DNA of 60,590 nucleotides, filler included, from Circinaria calcarea (Eukaryota): NCBI GenBank assembly GCA_051942165.1. It is 4 parts of 4 records of this genome, joined end to end, with 100 filler letters (N's around TTAATTAATTAA, not from the genome) between each part and the next. Parts side by side here need not be neighbours in the genome. Positions count along the whole stretch, not along the records: positions 45,545 to 60,590 come from JAVECS010000390.1; 3 more parts are not named here. One strand, 5' to 3'. Shown piece by piece: positions 48,165 to 60,590 of this stretch (position 1 is its first letter; each line of letters starts with the position of its first letter). The notes under the pieces were generated by a model. It saw only the letters and a program-made list of their open reading frames with translations, ran no database searches and was not told where the DNA came from. The position numbers and the translations under genes were made by a program.

Positions 48165-48460
48165 TCGCTCGTTGACGCGATTAGTTCTCCAATGCGTGAA
48201 GCGCCATCGACGAGGGTGTTAATCATCAGAGTGATGTTGAGCATCGAACGTATCGATCTGAATGACGCCAGATTGTTGGAATTCCAGATACTAGAGATGA
48301 TAATCTCTATATCGGCCAAGTATACGGTCGGCTTGATCTTCTTCTCCCGATTTAGATCAGTATTTTTTGAGAGATTGGACTTAATCCAGACCTGTGTTTT
48401 GGTACGGAGGTCGGCCTCTAATAATTTACTCTAGTAGTTGAAGGCGCAATAGAGGCGTAA
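48165..48460 (-). pseudogene. Tyrosine recombinase (DUF3435/Starship captain-like) fragment
   Basis: Reads VWIKSNL...LNREKKIKPTVYLADIEIIISSIW...FRSIRSMLNITLMINTLVDGASRIGEL. This resembles the KP..D..LW..R..R-x-GE region around the catalytic Arg. It has an upstream stop and no C-terminal half. Confidence 0.5.
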
Positions 48461-48859
48461 GGTATACGTATCCATACTCGATAAGCTGGTATTGGGATCC
48501 CCCGTAATTTCGGACGGGTAACAACTCGAGGTAATGATATTGCCTGTCGAGATATCGGTTAGCTGTAAGAAAAAGCGCCGGACGGTGAGCTGATCTGGGA
48601 GAGGATTTCCTGGTTCGAAATAATCTGACGCAGAGGCGGAGCTGATGTTATATTTACTTTGATTAAACTCGCACCAGGGGGTGTATTATAAAATGTAAGA
48701 GCTGGGGCCAGTTGAACAGTTTGCGAAAGTCTGTTCAGGCGAACATAGTAGACATTTGGACAGCGCTTTTGGGATGTTGGAATGTCTTCAATAGCGAGAT
48801 TGCTCAATTCGTGTCTCCACTGGTTTATGGATTCCTACCGCACATCAATCTCCGTACGC

Positions 48860-49545
48860 TTCATTCCTCGTCCGTACACTCTGCCTCCTGCTTGGCTATC
48901 GCCTTTTATTCTGTTCTGACCTTTCCCCTTGACTATCGCTTTTTTCATCTATTCTGACATTTCCCTTCAGCTATCACTTTTTTCTTGTTTCGATTCTTCC
49001 CTTTGGCTATCGCCTTTGTGTCGTTCCGACTCTTCCCCTTGGCTATGTAATCCTTTGTTGTTGGAAAAGCGACATCAGAGGAGCTGTTATTAATGGTATC
49101 GATGCTTGTTCTTTGAAGGTGTTGAATAAAGTCTTTTCCATAGGAAATTGTGCAAGAACACAGAGATTAATCTCAGTATCCAGCTTAACCAGATGATTAA
49201 GATGCATCGAACGCTGTTCACACTCGCGTATCATACGCTTTCCCTTTTCTATAGAAACGTAGGAACCCAAACGGGCACTCAAACCCCCCTTTTTCTTGAG
49301 ATTCCGCTTCTGAGTAGCATTTCCGCCGTATGGACGGATTCCTCGATGATTGACACAAAAGTCGCCATACACCCCTGGCTTTTGCATTCTTTCCTATTGA
49401 TCGGATAGAGGGAGAGCAAGTCCTGTACGTCTAAGGCTTCTTTGCCGAGCATATTCTTATTACGATCAGGGATCGCGTCTAAGCACACGCGGAGCAGGTG
49501 TTTATGGGGTGTTCTCGCAAAATGAGCCGCAAAAGAGCGAGTCAT
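48860..49545 (-). pseudogene. GIY-YIG-like nuclease relic with C-terminal basic repeats
   Basis: Reads LDAIP...DLLSLYP, then a frameshift, then PGVYG...YGGNAT...GGLSARLGSY...H. About 36-39-bp repeats at 48890-49045 encode AIAKGK.RN. Confidence 0.4.
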
Positions 49546-51956
49546 TGGCTGGTCTTTCCATGAAAACCTGACCGGGCCATTCCTTATTTTTTGCTAGATT
49601 GCATTAGCAGTGCTTTTAAGCACATCTATAATGGAGGAAAGGTTAACTGTCAGACGATTGACATTTTCAGGCATAATTCCACATGGTTACTCTAGTTATC
49701 TTATTAAGTGTTCAAAGCATGGACTCGCACGAAAATTTGTCGGTAAACTTTCTGCCATTTGAGATGTTGAGTCGAAGCTTCAGAAATGTAATATATCCTA
49801 GTAAGCGTAACCCGCCCATAGTGCGAAGGGAGTATATTGAGAAAGTAAAAGGTGTCTGCTGCTAGTGGTCATGTTTTGATTGAAATATGTTGTAGAGTAT
49901 AATAGAAGATTGAGGAGAATTATAGGAACGATTTTCTCAGTCACCGGCTTCATCATTTGTAAGACTCAGTATTGGTAACACCGCGGCCGGGTCGCTTTTT
50001 GCCGCCACCCTGCAACCTCTCTATTCGCGCCTTGTTTGTGTAGGATTTGGACCCGATTTCGCGGCGTATCCTGGCTTCGTTGATATCTGGATTTTCATCT
50101 GTGTGGTTAAGTGGACGTAGTGGGGTGTGCGTTCTATTGGCCCCTAATAGTCTCCTTCCACTAGAAGGTTCTAGTTGGCCTTGTCGTTGGGATCGCCATC
50201 ACCGTCTCCCTCAACCCAGCGTTCCTTCAAAATGATGAGAAACGTTTGGCTTAGGCCAAATTTGTGATTGCTGTTCGATCAAGGAGAAAGTAAGATTGGT
50301 ATATACTAATGTACTGCAGTAATGAAGTAAGAATCCTTCATACTGGCTCTTTCACGGGTAGCCATCCTGCAGATAGGGAACAGTCAGATATCTATTTCAG
50401 ATTCCAAAATTAAACATATTTCCGTTCAAGAAAACCTTGACCATATTAATGACCAGCTGACAGGTGGCCGAACCCCTCCAAGTGAATCCTTCATTCCATC
50501 CAAAATATCCTGGAGTTTGTATCCCGGTGTTGTGTGCTCTCGTCGAATCTGAACAACTTGATGTTAAGCATCGATCTTGACTGTAAAAAAGCTTCGATGG
50601 CAGGCACGTTGGGGAATAGGCTGTCAGCTAGTCTATACATGATTACGATCTGGCACTTGTGACTCGTTAAAGTCAAGTCGGCGAGAATGCTCTTTATCTC
50701 TTAAATCCCTCTGCGCCTCGTAATAGGGACATCTGTGTTCGAGTAGATTTCTTGATGATAATTACACTTGGACCGACCAGAGCAATGTACGGCTGTATAG
50801 AAAACCTGAGGCTTTTATTCCAGCCATGGACCTCGTTCCATATCATTTGGGGGGCTGACAAGGTAGTTCAGGGACAGCTATACCAGCCCAAGGCTCGACT
50901 TCGTCTGTCTGATAATGGTCATAATGCTCTTAAGATGACAAACCATAGGTATAGTATCCGAAGCAACAATCGTATATACAGAGCTACTAAGGCAATAGAA
51001 AGAGATATGTCTGAAGATTATCTGCCAAAGTGTAAGCAAATCATCATATATATACATATATGCAACACAGGGAGAATATATGATAAGGCAGACAAACAGT
51101 TGAATCCCTAATAAAATTTCAAGCCAAACGACACTGAGTTATCACCGCGTCAGTTCTTTCCTAACTTTCTCCTAATATTTATACCGATCCAATGCTGTAA
51201 AGACCCCGAAGTCCCTCATTGTCAGCTGTGGGGGTCCCCGGATCAACGTTGTAAGGGTTTTATTGATGACGAAGCCCTTGACGAGAACCCTATGGTATTT
51301 GGCCGCTCGACAGAAGATCCGGTGTAGCTATTGGTAGCAGTGACCTTAAAACGGTCGTCTCTCCAAATCCAAGTAATATCTTCTTTCCTTTATTCCTGAA
51401 ACCATCTGCTATTCCCACCTGCGTCAGTGCTTCCATCATATCGTAATTCGTAACTGATACGATGCTGGTGTTTATGATGTGCGACGACTCTTTTAGCATG
51501 GAAAAGGGCCTCATAGCTACTTCTTCACTATATATCTGGTATGTGCACACTTGCCATCTTTGAGGACAAGGAGAAAATGTTCCTCGGACGGGGTCGGGGA
51601 TTTCAGTCCAATTACTGTCTCGTTGCCAAGTTGGAACATTGTCATTGTGGCGGTTCAAGACAGAATGTAAGGAAAACAATCATATAGGGAGTTGTCGTCC
51701 TCGGTAACCAAGATTGGAGTCTAGTATTGAGATCAGATTGGAATTTTGCAGACGCAAGCCGAGGGAACCCTTTAGATCAGCAATACCAGAACAAAGCTCC
51801 AGGGGTCACAACCAAAAGGCGTGCGGACTTGCTCTTTAAGGAGAAGGGTCTATGCAACAGAAGATGCTTTTGGGACGGATAGACATTTCCAACAGGAGCG
51901 TTGAAATGCTTGCATGCGAGGATATAGGCTTTGGAAATTGACAATATGATTGATTG

Positions 51957-52136
51957 TGTCAAACCTTTTAGGTTAGCTCCTCGGGCGTATATTATTCCGA
52001 CCGCGTACACGCACACATAGCTAGATTCTTCTGCCACCCTACATACGCAGCATAGTAGACCATACATACACAGTTATAGCAGAAAGCATTCTCTCGCTCA
52101 TTCATCGATGCCATATAGTAACGCCGTAGCTTGACA
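51957..52136. mobile_element. Solo LTR, copy 2 (180 bp), with 5-bp TSD GATTG
   Basis: Has TGTCAA...TTGACA ends, with GATTG at 51952-51956 and 52137-52141. It is homologous to 19575-19747. Confidence 0.92.
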
Positions 52137-53624
52137 GATTGTCAAAGGTTGTATCCTAGGGATCAGGGAACAGCCAGCCTGCAGTGTTACCATAAAGCCT
52201 CATCGAGCTTGATCTGGTAAAAGAGCCTTTGTTGGTTGAGGTAGATTATGGTAGCTCGGACATGGCAGCTACATCGTACGTTCTTGAGATGAGGCACGTG
52301 CCGGGGACATGTCCCGGTGAGATAAGTCACACATAAGGCTCAGAAGAATGAGAAAGGAAGACAGATAGTACTTGGGGCCCGGTCGAGATGACGTCTCCAC
52401 CATAACTCAACGGGATTCCGTATCCCTCTTCATGAACTGAGTACAGTGTGCCCACGCTTTCGTGCTTTGGTAGCTCCCTTTTCTCACGAGAAGCAGAATG
52501 GCTCTGATTGATACCTACACCGACGACATCTCCTATTTTCCAATGGCATGTTATGTCGGTGAAGCATGGCCGGTGACGTTGCACTCTGCTCCATTGGGCG
52601 CACTCTCTCATTTCATCTCCCGCAGAGGTGAGTCACTCGATGAGGCTGAACCGACTGGCAGGGCAGGTGGAAGGATGACCCCAGTTCTCCCTAGCCACCA
52701 AAGAGACGTCTGCGCACGGCGGAATTCTGTGCGTGTATCCGTCTGGATGGGAACGTCGGCCAGCTTTCCCTCCCACGCATAATCGTGACGGTGAAGAATG
52801 GCTCCAGGGAGAGGTCAAACCATGCTAAATATGTGACTACCGTACTGTCCTACAAGGCACTAGGAGACCCGGAACTGATATCACCTACACGAAAAATCTC
52901 GTGTGCCGGTGAAGGCGCGCTAGCAGCAGCCACCGGGACTTTCGATTCTATTCCAGACGGACAGTTAGATGTCAGATCTCCCCTTGGTGTTCCGAGATCC
53001 AGTTCCCAGAAGCTGGCAAGTGTGTACCGAGATGACCAATAGATCCTTTGAAGGATTCCCCGTAGCTTGGTCCTTCCAATCACGCCTGGCCGTGGCTTGA
53101 GATCGGAACGTTATCCACTGCAGCCCGCAAGCCTCTTCAGACGGGTTCCGGTAGCCATGTTCCCACCACAGAACTTTGGTAGCGCAGTTCTGTCTTGGCG
53201 ACTCTAAACTCGGTACGATGTAAGCTTCAAAAGTCCCCGCTCGAAGGGAGCAAACTAATACAGCAAGTGTCGAACAGTCGTGGACGAATCCGGTAAGAGC
53301 CTCTCAACGAATCAAAGCGATTATCAGGCGGCCATGGCGCTTGCCTCGAGTTTTTTCTTCGGGCCCGCCGTGTCGTAGTAGGTCGAGCCGGGTCAAATGA
53401 GACTTAACACTTCTGACTTTGGAGTTTCCCACAATTGGAGAGAGTATATATATCCTCGGTACTTTCCGTCATGTCTCTGTATATCACTCTCCCACAGCTA
53501 CACTCATTCTCTAGTCCTGAAAGGCAATCAACAACGCCCAAGGCTTTCATCGCATCCTTCCCCTCCTTACTGCCTTCCTTATCTGTATTGTTCTCCCTAG
53601 ATCCCGATCCCTCTTTGTGCAGAG

Positions 53625-55002
53625 ATGGCTCCGCAAACTACTATTCCTCTGGCAGCAAATGTCCTCGGGACCATAGGTACCGTCTTCTGGTGCATTCAGC
53701 TGATACCTCAAATCTGGCATAATTGGAGGAAGAAGAGTACAGAGGGTCTGCCAGGCCTTATGCTCTTCCTATGGGCCATTTGTGCGTGGACCTACCCATT
53801 CCCTTTCATCTTGGACTACTACTGATCTGAATTCTAAGGTGCTGTGCCGTTTGGGGTATATGCCATCGTTCAAGTAAGTCATTCATCCGCCTAGAGGTGC
53901 ATAGAACCCACAAGCTGACCGGATCAGAACTTCAATATCCCAATCCAGATTCAACCCCAGATGTTTGGAACACTATGCTTGGTGAGCTGGGCGCAGACAT
54001 TGGTATATACCACGTACGAGCTTCCCTCTTCTCCTTGTTCGCCCTCATAGTAACGCTTTCTAGTGGATGGAAACCTTGGAAGGCGGCCTTACTCGCTGTC
54101 GGGGTAGGACTTTCGTTTGGAGCTGTCGAGGCTGTCTTGATTGTTACCCTGAAGGTGGGTCTTTGTTGTACGGGAACATTGCAGAGCTTGCTAATGATGA
54201 TAGGGTCCATACAACAAAGGAATTGAATGGCCCATGTTGCTCATCGGCATCATAGCCGCTGTGCTGATCGGTGCCGGTCTTTTCCCTCCTTACCTTGAGA
54301 TTTGGAAACGAAGAGGTCGAGTAGTTGGCTTCAGTCAGTGTCCACCCACTTCACCACAAACCATTGCTGTACTCATATATAATAGACTGGATATTCCTAT
54401 CCGTTGACTGGTTGGGAGCCTTCTTCTCATTGATGGCACTAGGTATGATATCCAAGCTTCGGCCACGAGAAATTTGCCTTAACTTGATTCATAGTTGCGC
54501 AGCATACCTTTGACGTTCTTGGCGGAGTGGTTTACATTGTTTGGTGAGTACAGCTCTGGGTGTTCTTTGTTGCAAGCTGGGCAGAACTAATGATCAACCC
54601 TACAGTCTTGTTTTGGAGGCTGGCATTTTCATCTCCCACGGCCTGTGGCTGCTCAGGACCCATGGATTACGAAAACGCGCGAAACTTGAGGGTGTTAAGT
54701 TCGACGATCTCCCGGAAGCCCAGAGATATCAGGTTCAACGGGTAAAGAAATCAGACGCTGATAACGCGAGCCCAAGGACCGATCTTATCGAAGCAAAAAA
54801 TCATCCGAGCGATCTTGAGCGAGGCAGTGGTGTAATCTTGAGCAGTAACGCATCCACAGGGAGTAGTAATTTGAAGGATCTTGAGAATGGCAATGGTGTC
54901 ATCTCAAGCAGTAACGCATCTACAATGAGCAATCCTCCCAAGGAACCTGCGGCTGAGCGGGTTGAAGCGATCAAGGAAGAGTTGCCACCCAACAATCCTT
55001 AG
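53625..55002 (+). CDS. PQ-loop repeat membrane protein (multi-exon)
   Basis: Motifs NVLGTIGTVFWCIQLIPQIWHNWRKKSTEGL, NFNIPIQIQPQMFG, PPYLEIWKRRGRVVG, DWLGAFFSLMAL and LEAGIF are present. Confidence 0.9.
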
Positions 55003-57639
55003 GGCAGCCTTCCTTATCTTCGATGATCGAGCCGTTACCTGACTTTTGTCAGCACTTGTTTTCACCACGAGTTTTCTTAGCATCAGCTCTCTGGAGGTCA
55101 TCTTACTTTAGCCTTGCTTGTGCTGTCGCATTCTCTATGTATGTTCTGCAGCGTATACCCATCAGTACGTGTATCTTGCCATGAGCTACAATGCCTCGAA
55201 GAAAGAAGGGGTGGCTGTTCTGTCATATTGGGGCGTCTAGACTGGTGGAAGACTGATAGGTTTTGTACATAGAGCTGAAGCTACTCATACATTGCTTAAC
55301 CGGGCAAAGCTTCTGTATTCGGCAATGCTGCGTTTATCTAACCCAGAACATTACAGGCTTCGATCCCGTCGCAATTCTCTAACTCTCGGCTATATGTCAA
55401 AAGCCTATATCTACTCTTATACATGTCCATCCAACACCGACCTCCTTCTCCTGATCATCACCAAACAGCAACAACATGGCAGTACGCACATTGAATAATG
55501 CAAGGCCCATGACCCATCCACTACCATTGAAAATCCCGCCACCTAAGATCGAAGTCCGCCAGTGTCCTTTGAAGTGTCACGGCTGATCTCTACTTCTCTT
55601 TTCACTCCAACCGGCACCCCCTCACTCTCCTTCTCCTCGTCTCGAATACAATCCATCCCGAAAACCGGCACTGTTCCCCTCCATCAGCGAAGTTAGAACA
55701 CAAGATCCATTGATCCACAATCCACGGTAGCCTGACGGGGAGTATTGGCATATTGTCCATCTTCTTACCTTAGCACTGCAACAGGGGAGCTTACGGTAAG
55801 TTACCGGCGGGGGGGATTTTCTAGCAGGGTTCTTACCGGGTTCATGGCTACGGGACTGATTGTTGTGCTTCCTTTGGATCCTGAGATTTGGTTTTTTTAA
55901 CCCCATCCCCACATTCCCTCGCGTGCTGCTTACGCAAGCGGCTCCGGGGCTTAGATGCCATCAAAGCTCACGTTCCAATCTGTTCCTTCCCCCTATCCCT
56001 TCCATGCAGGCACGCCCTACTCTTCCCCGCTTATCTCCAGCGTCGTTACTCTAGGTTCGAGGCCGTCGGGGCGCTTTATATAAATAACCGGGTAATAGCT
56101 CGGTTCGGGGGGATGGTGCGGTCTCGTAGAAAAATTTGCAGATTTATCTGGCGACACATGGATGAAGGGGAGGGGAGGTAGTGCCGCTTACGGTAACGAG
56201 ATGGGGTATTGATGACGATGTGATAGTAAGAGGCAGATGGTGCGGTCGGCAGTGTCATATTTAGAGACGGTTGAGGAGAAGCTAGAGTGCCAGCCGTTCT
56301 CGGTCGGATTTATAGGGCCACGAGGATTGTGTGGGGAGTGGGATCAGGCTGTGAGTTGGGATGCTGCTAACTGGGGAGGAAATAAAGGGGAAATAGAGGA
56401 ACAGTTATCAAGGACATTGGTTCTAGGTGTGCAGAGCGGTACAAAGGGAAGGCGAGGAAGATATGTATGGAGCATAGCATATTTGGGCGAGTCACTGTTG
56501 CTCTGACTGATATATCTAGCTGACGCTTCGCTGCTTGGGAATTTAAGGAGAGAGACCATCGACCTTTCAATCAGAGAATTCCTAATGAATGCATTTGCCA
56601 CCAAAGTGACTGACACGTACCCAACCAGGCTCTCAGATTAGCTCTCAAGTTCTCATCGACAACCTTACCTCCACGACCACGCCCTTGCGAGCTACGGAAG
56701 ATCAGGTAGGCTGCCCTACAACTTTGGCTTTTGACACGGTTTCTCATCACTGAGCCTCTAACACGCCTTCGGTTTTTCTCCGTTCCGAGTCCTTGAATGG
56801 GGCAGGATAGATTCTCAAGAGGCTTCGCTAGTCTCTTGGGTTCTTTTGGTAAGGACAACCTGCAGACTGGTTAGCATACTCAGGAGGAGAAGAACAATGT
56901 CGGAGGTTCTCTTACGGAGCAATCTGCCTATCCGATTGAAAACTATGTTTTTCCTCTGTCACTGGCGCCGTTACACCATTCTCCTAGTGCGCGAAGCATC
57001 TAGGTGATAGCAGGTAGCCTCCAAGAAGATATCCTCGTCATGGCTGCATCACGCCATCCTCACCAAAGCCCCGAAGAGCAGAAACCGTCTCTTGAATCCA
57101 AGTCTAACCAACCGAAGTAGGAACCGAGAACAAACAGCCTGTATTCCCATCTTCAAGCAAGACCATGTTTTCGACCTTCAACCCTGCACGTGGCATGCTG
57201 AATGGAAGACTCTAAGATTTCTGTTCACGTCTCTCAGTCATTTGTCTGTTTTCCCAACCTGGTTGTAAAGCAGGAGTTGGTTTTCTTCAGTTTGTCCTCG
57301 AATTGACATCGTGGAGCTCGGGTGATGGATTTCTGCATTGAGTACGGCTATGCTTGAAGTTAGATGGCATGTTTTGAAGCATCAACGTTCGTTGTGAGAT
57401 TACCTGCTTGTTCCTGAACGCGAGTGTTGGAGACGTGAAATCGAAGCTTCCAAGGGCTAGCAGGATCATCCCGCCGGCGCTAAATAGGCGAGACTTAATC
57501 CTGGTGAATGTCGGCTCTAATATGAGAAGCGCCATGTATTTATTACAGACCCTAATCTGCTATGGATTATCCAGCTTATAGAAGATCCTATTCAGATGAA
57601 AACCCGGAAAACGAACGCAAATATTCCAAAACGAAAACA

Positions 57640-59267
57640 ATGTCATCCTGGCTTCAACGGCAGGCTTCTTCCCACCAAACTCAAATAGCTGGGACCGCGC
57701 TTTTGTCAGGTTTGGCGGTTGCATGTACCATTTTCGGCGTACAGGCTATTCGGCGCAAGGTTGCCATAGAGGACCTTAAAGCTTCAATTCCAAATGTTGA
57801 TGAAGATCACCATGCTCAGACGGTATGCCGTGTATATCCCATCTCTGCGTAAGAGATTCATGCTGACCATCCCAGTGAAGCTTCCAGAATATGGGATCTC
57901 CTCTAAGCGCGCCATTACTAGCAAAGATGAAGAGCGAGTTACTAATCTGGCTCGACGAGCTCAGCAAGGTGACTATGATGAAGGTACCGCAACTTAGCCG
58001 GCACTTCAATGACTGTACTGAACACCTTTCAGAACTTATCCAGGAACAACTTACCCGCACCTCCTCGTTTCTGACTCCAAGTGGTCTCTCTACTCTTCGA
58101 TCCTCCTTCATCATCGTCATCGGCCTCGGTGGAGTTGGTTCTCACTGCACCGCCGCTCTCGCTCGCTCCGGTGTCTCCTATATTCGTCTCATAGACTTCG
58201 ACCAAGTAACTCTGTCGTCGTTAAACCGACATTCGGTCGCCACTCTTGCAGATGTTGGTACGCCGAAAGTAGCTTGTGTCAGTAAGCGTCTCGAAGCCAT
58301 TGCACCATGGGTAAAATGGGAGTGTTTCAACGAGGTGTGGCGGGAGAGTAGAGCGGATAGGTTGCTAGGTCCATGGGATGAAGGAAGAGGAAGAAGACCA
58401 GACTATGTGGTCGATGCAATCGACAATATTGATAGCAAAGTTGCCTTGCTAAAGTACTGTCACTCTAATGGCGTCAGAGTCATTAGCTCAATGGGCGCAG
58501 GCTGTAAAAGCGATCCTACACGTGTCTTTATCGGCGACATTAGTGCTAGCCAAGAAGACCCTCTATCACGCTCTACAAGGCGCCGACTGCGGATACTGGG
58601 GGTGAATGAAGGAATTCCAGTAGTCTACTCGATTGAGAAACCGGGACCTGGCAAAGCAACCCTGCTTCCTCTACCGGAAGACGAATATCAAAAGGGAAGT
58701 GTGGGCGAACTGAGTGTCCTTCCCGACTTCCGCGCCAGGATTCTTCCAGTAATAGGTACGATGCCCGCGGTCTTTGGACTCATCATCGCAAATTACATAA
58801 TTATGGAAGTAAGCGGCTACCCTCACGAGATTGGCGGTGGAAAAGGAAGAGAGAAGCTATACGATAATATCCTAGGTAACCTACAACTTCTGGAAGATAG
58901 ACTGGCCAAGTCCGACGGAGAGAACACGGTTGGCTTGAAGATCCCCGTGACGAAGGATGATGTGGGCTACCTCATTGACGAGGTCTTTCGAGGGAAGAGC
59001 GTTGTCAGTGGCCTGCCAACACGGTTGGCTTTAACCCGGTGGAGGTCGCCAGAGGATAACTACGTGGCCGATAAGCGGTGGGAAGGGCAAAAGATTTCCA
59101 GGTTGCGAATACCGGATTTGGTATGCATGACTAAAGAAGAAGCGGCGGTGCACGAGAAGGAGGTTCTCAAGGGTAGGAAGAGGCCGGAGGATGTGTATGG
59201 TGCCGCGGTCGTTGAGTTGGTGGAGAGGAGGTTCAGAGAGGAAGCGGAATATGATAGATGGCGATAG
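57640..59267 (+). CDS. TCD2: tRNA threonylcarbamoyladenosine dehydratase (ThiF/E1-like, Tcd1/Tcd2 family), three exons
   Basis: An N-terminal TM anchor is followed by IVIGLGGVGSH, RLIDFDQVTLSSLNRH, VVDAIDNIDSK, SSMGAGCKSDPT and RILPVIGTMPAVFG. Confidence 0.9.
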
Positions 59268-60000
59268 GGAATGCGGAATGTATGCAGCGCGATATGCTTC
59301 CTTTTTGGTGATTTCAACCAAAACTTTCAAAGTGACTTGTGACACTGAGATACACCAACGATATTGCAGTAAAGGGCGTTGTCGAGAGGATTTCGAACCT
59401 TGGTCTGACTCAGAAACGCTCCCGTGACTTTTCAGTCCTCAGCTGTACAATGAGCCAATCTTCTCTCCGTGCGCTTCATGGTTTCTCTCATATGTTAACA
59501 TCTCCTCCCCATCTCCCACCTCCCATCTCCCCTCCATCTTTCTCTTCTTTACCGCCTCCTTAATTAAATCCCCCCATAACCAAAAACACCAAACTCCTAC
59601 GCTTCGCTACTCCAACATCATACGTCTCTCAATCATCGTCCGCAGTCCGCAATCCGCAGTCCGCAATTCGTAGTGACGTCTAAATTGGCAAGGAGGTTTA
59701 GATTGGGAGCTCGAGATTGGAATATGGTGATTGAGGGTTTTTCTCTAGCTGTTGGTATGGTCTCTTGAAGGGGTATATGTGGAGTTGTGGGTATTTTAAG
59801 AGGAGGGGTAGGATGGGAAGCAGTAGGATACAGATTAAAGCATAAAAGTTATTGGAAGTCATTGATTATACAGGGTACATGCCATGCAAGTTCTCCGTCA
59901 TCCCCCTGAGCGTACATAGATTCGTTCTTCACTCATGCCAGGCACCACCGTTGAATTCACAACTTCATCGGCTATCAACCGCCGCGAATCTCCCGCAAGT

Positions 60001-60590
60001 CTACGACTTGATCCTCTGCATAAGCTCATGGATCCCATCCATCAGATACGGCACCACCCTCCCAATGCTATCTCCAATCAGCGCCTCAAACGCTCTAATA
60101 GCCTCCTCCTCACTCAGGCCCAACGCAAACCTCTCCCGGACCTTCTCGACCGCTTTATCAGGTTCGGCTCGGATATCGGGGATGTTGGCATCCGTCATCA
60201 GGGCGAAGAGATTGAGGATGAGATTGCTGGATTTGCGGAGGGCGGTGTAGGCGGTGAAGCAGTATTGTTTGAAGGCGGCATAATTGGCGGAATTGGAACC
60301 GCCCATGCCGTCAACCATTGCTTGAGAGAGTTTGATAGGCGGTGGGAAAGGCTTGGGGTCGCGACCCAGGATGTAGCCGAAGTCGGCATGGAAAAAGTGG
60401 CCTATATATTGCGTTAGCATGGAAGTAACAAGAAGACCCGTGGTAAATTGGATATGTACCGTCTGGGGCAAGGAGGAGGTTGTCCAGATGCCTATCGCCC
60501 ACTCCTAGCAAATATGTTACAACACAGTAACCCGCACAGCTCTTTACGTATGTATCCATTGCTTCTCTCCGGACACCCAGCTCCGCTTTA
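60001..60590 (-). CDS. VPS34: Phosphatidylinositol 3-kinase Vps34, C-terminal kinase domain (5' part off window)
   Basis: Reads [27 protein letters not shown], then an intron, then [21 protein letters not shown]...[15 protein letters not shown]. Confidence 0.95.

Noticed and set aside
50000..53300. Scattered 60-130 aa ORFs around the solo LTR
   Set aside because: They show no recognisable domains or coherent exon chain.
56480..57170. Minus-strand intron-like signals (gtaaga...gctaac...cag) suggesting a spliced gene or snoRNA host
   Set aside because: The flanking frames contain stops and no C/D or H/ACA boxes were evident. It cannot be supported without RNA data.

Overview
This is fungal (Pezizomycotina-type ascomycete) genomic DNA, with GT-AG introns and CTAAC-type branch sites. 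It is four separate ~15 kb contigs joined by artificial 100-nt linkers (N44-TTAATTAATTAA-N44), so no synteny can be read across the linkers. Contig 1 (1-15102) holds mostly housekeeping genes: a methyltransferase, mitochondrial bL36, an MFS permease, RTC5, glutaminyl cyclase, the MSH6 3' end and a repeat-rich intergenic block. Contig 2 (15203-30286) begins with an EF-hand NADPH oxidase (NoxC-type) and a Cys-rich GPI protein. It then becomes a graveyard of TE and pseudogene fragments (solo LTRs, LINE ORF1, copia integrase, RNase III, FunK1 kinase, DUF7587-like), with one apparently intact coiled-coil gene resembling the Mug135/Tdk1 family. Contig 3 (30387-45444) holds the main candidate system, an intact three-gene immune-like cluster. 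It comprises an ankyrin + S8 subtilisin protease (HET-Q2-like layout), an uncharacterised beta-rich protein that lacks gasdermin motifs and may form pores, and a divergently transcribed NWD-NACHT-WD40 NLR whose Walker A lysine is replaced by threonine. Contig 4 (45545-60590) holds an SDR (arabitol dehydrogenase-like), a decayed DUF3435-like tyrosine recombinase fragment, a GIY-YIG-like relic, a solo LTR with a 5-bp TSD, a PQ-loop protein, a TCD (ThiF) enzyme and the VPS34 3' end. All family assignments come from motif recognition by eye; no database searches were run.
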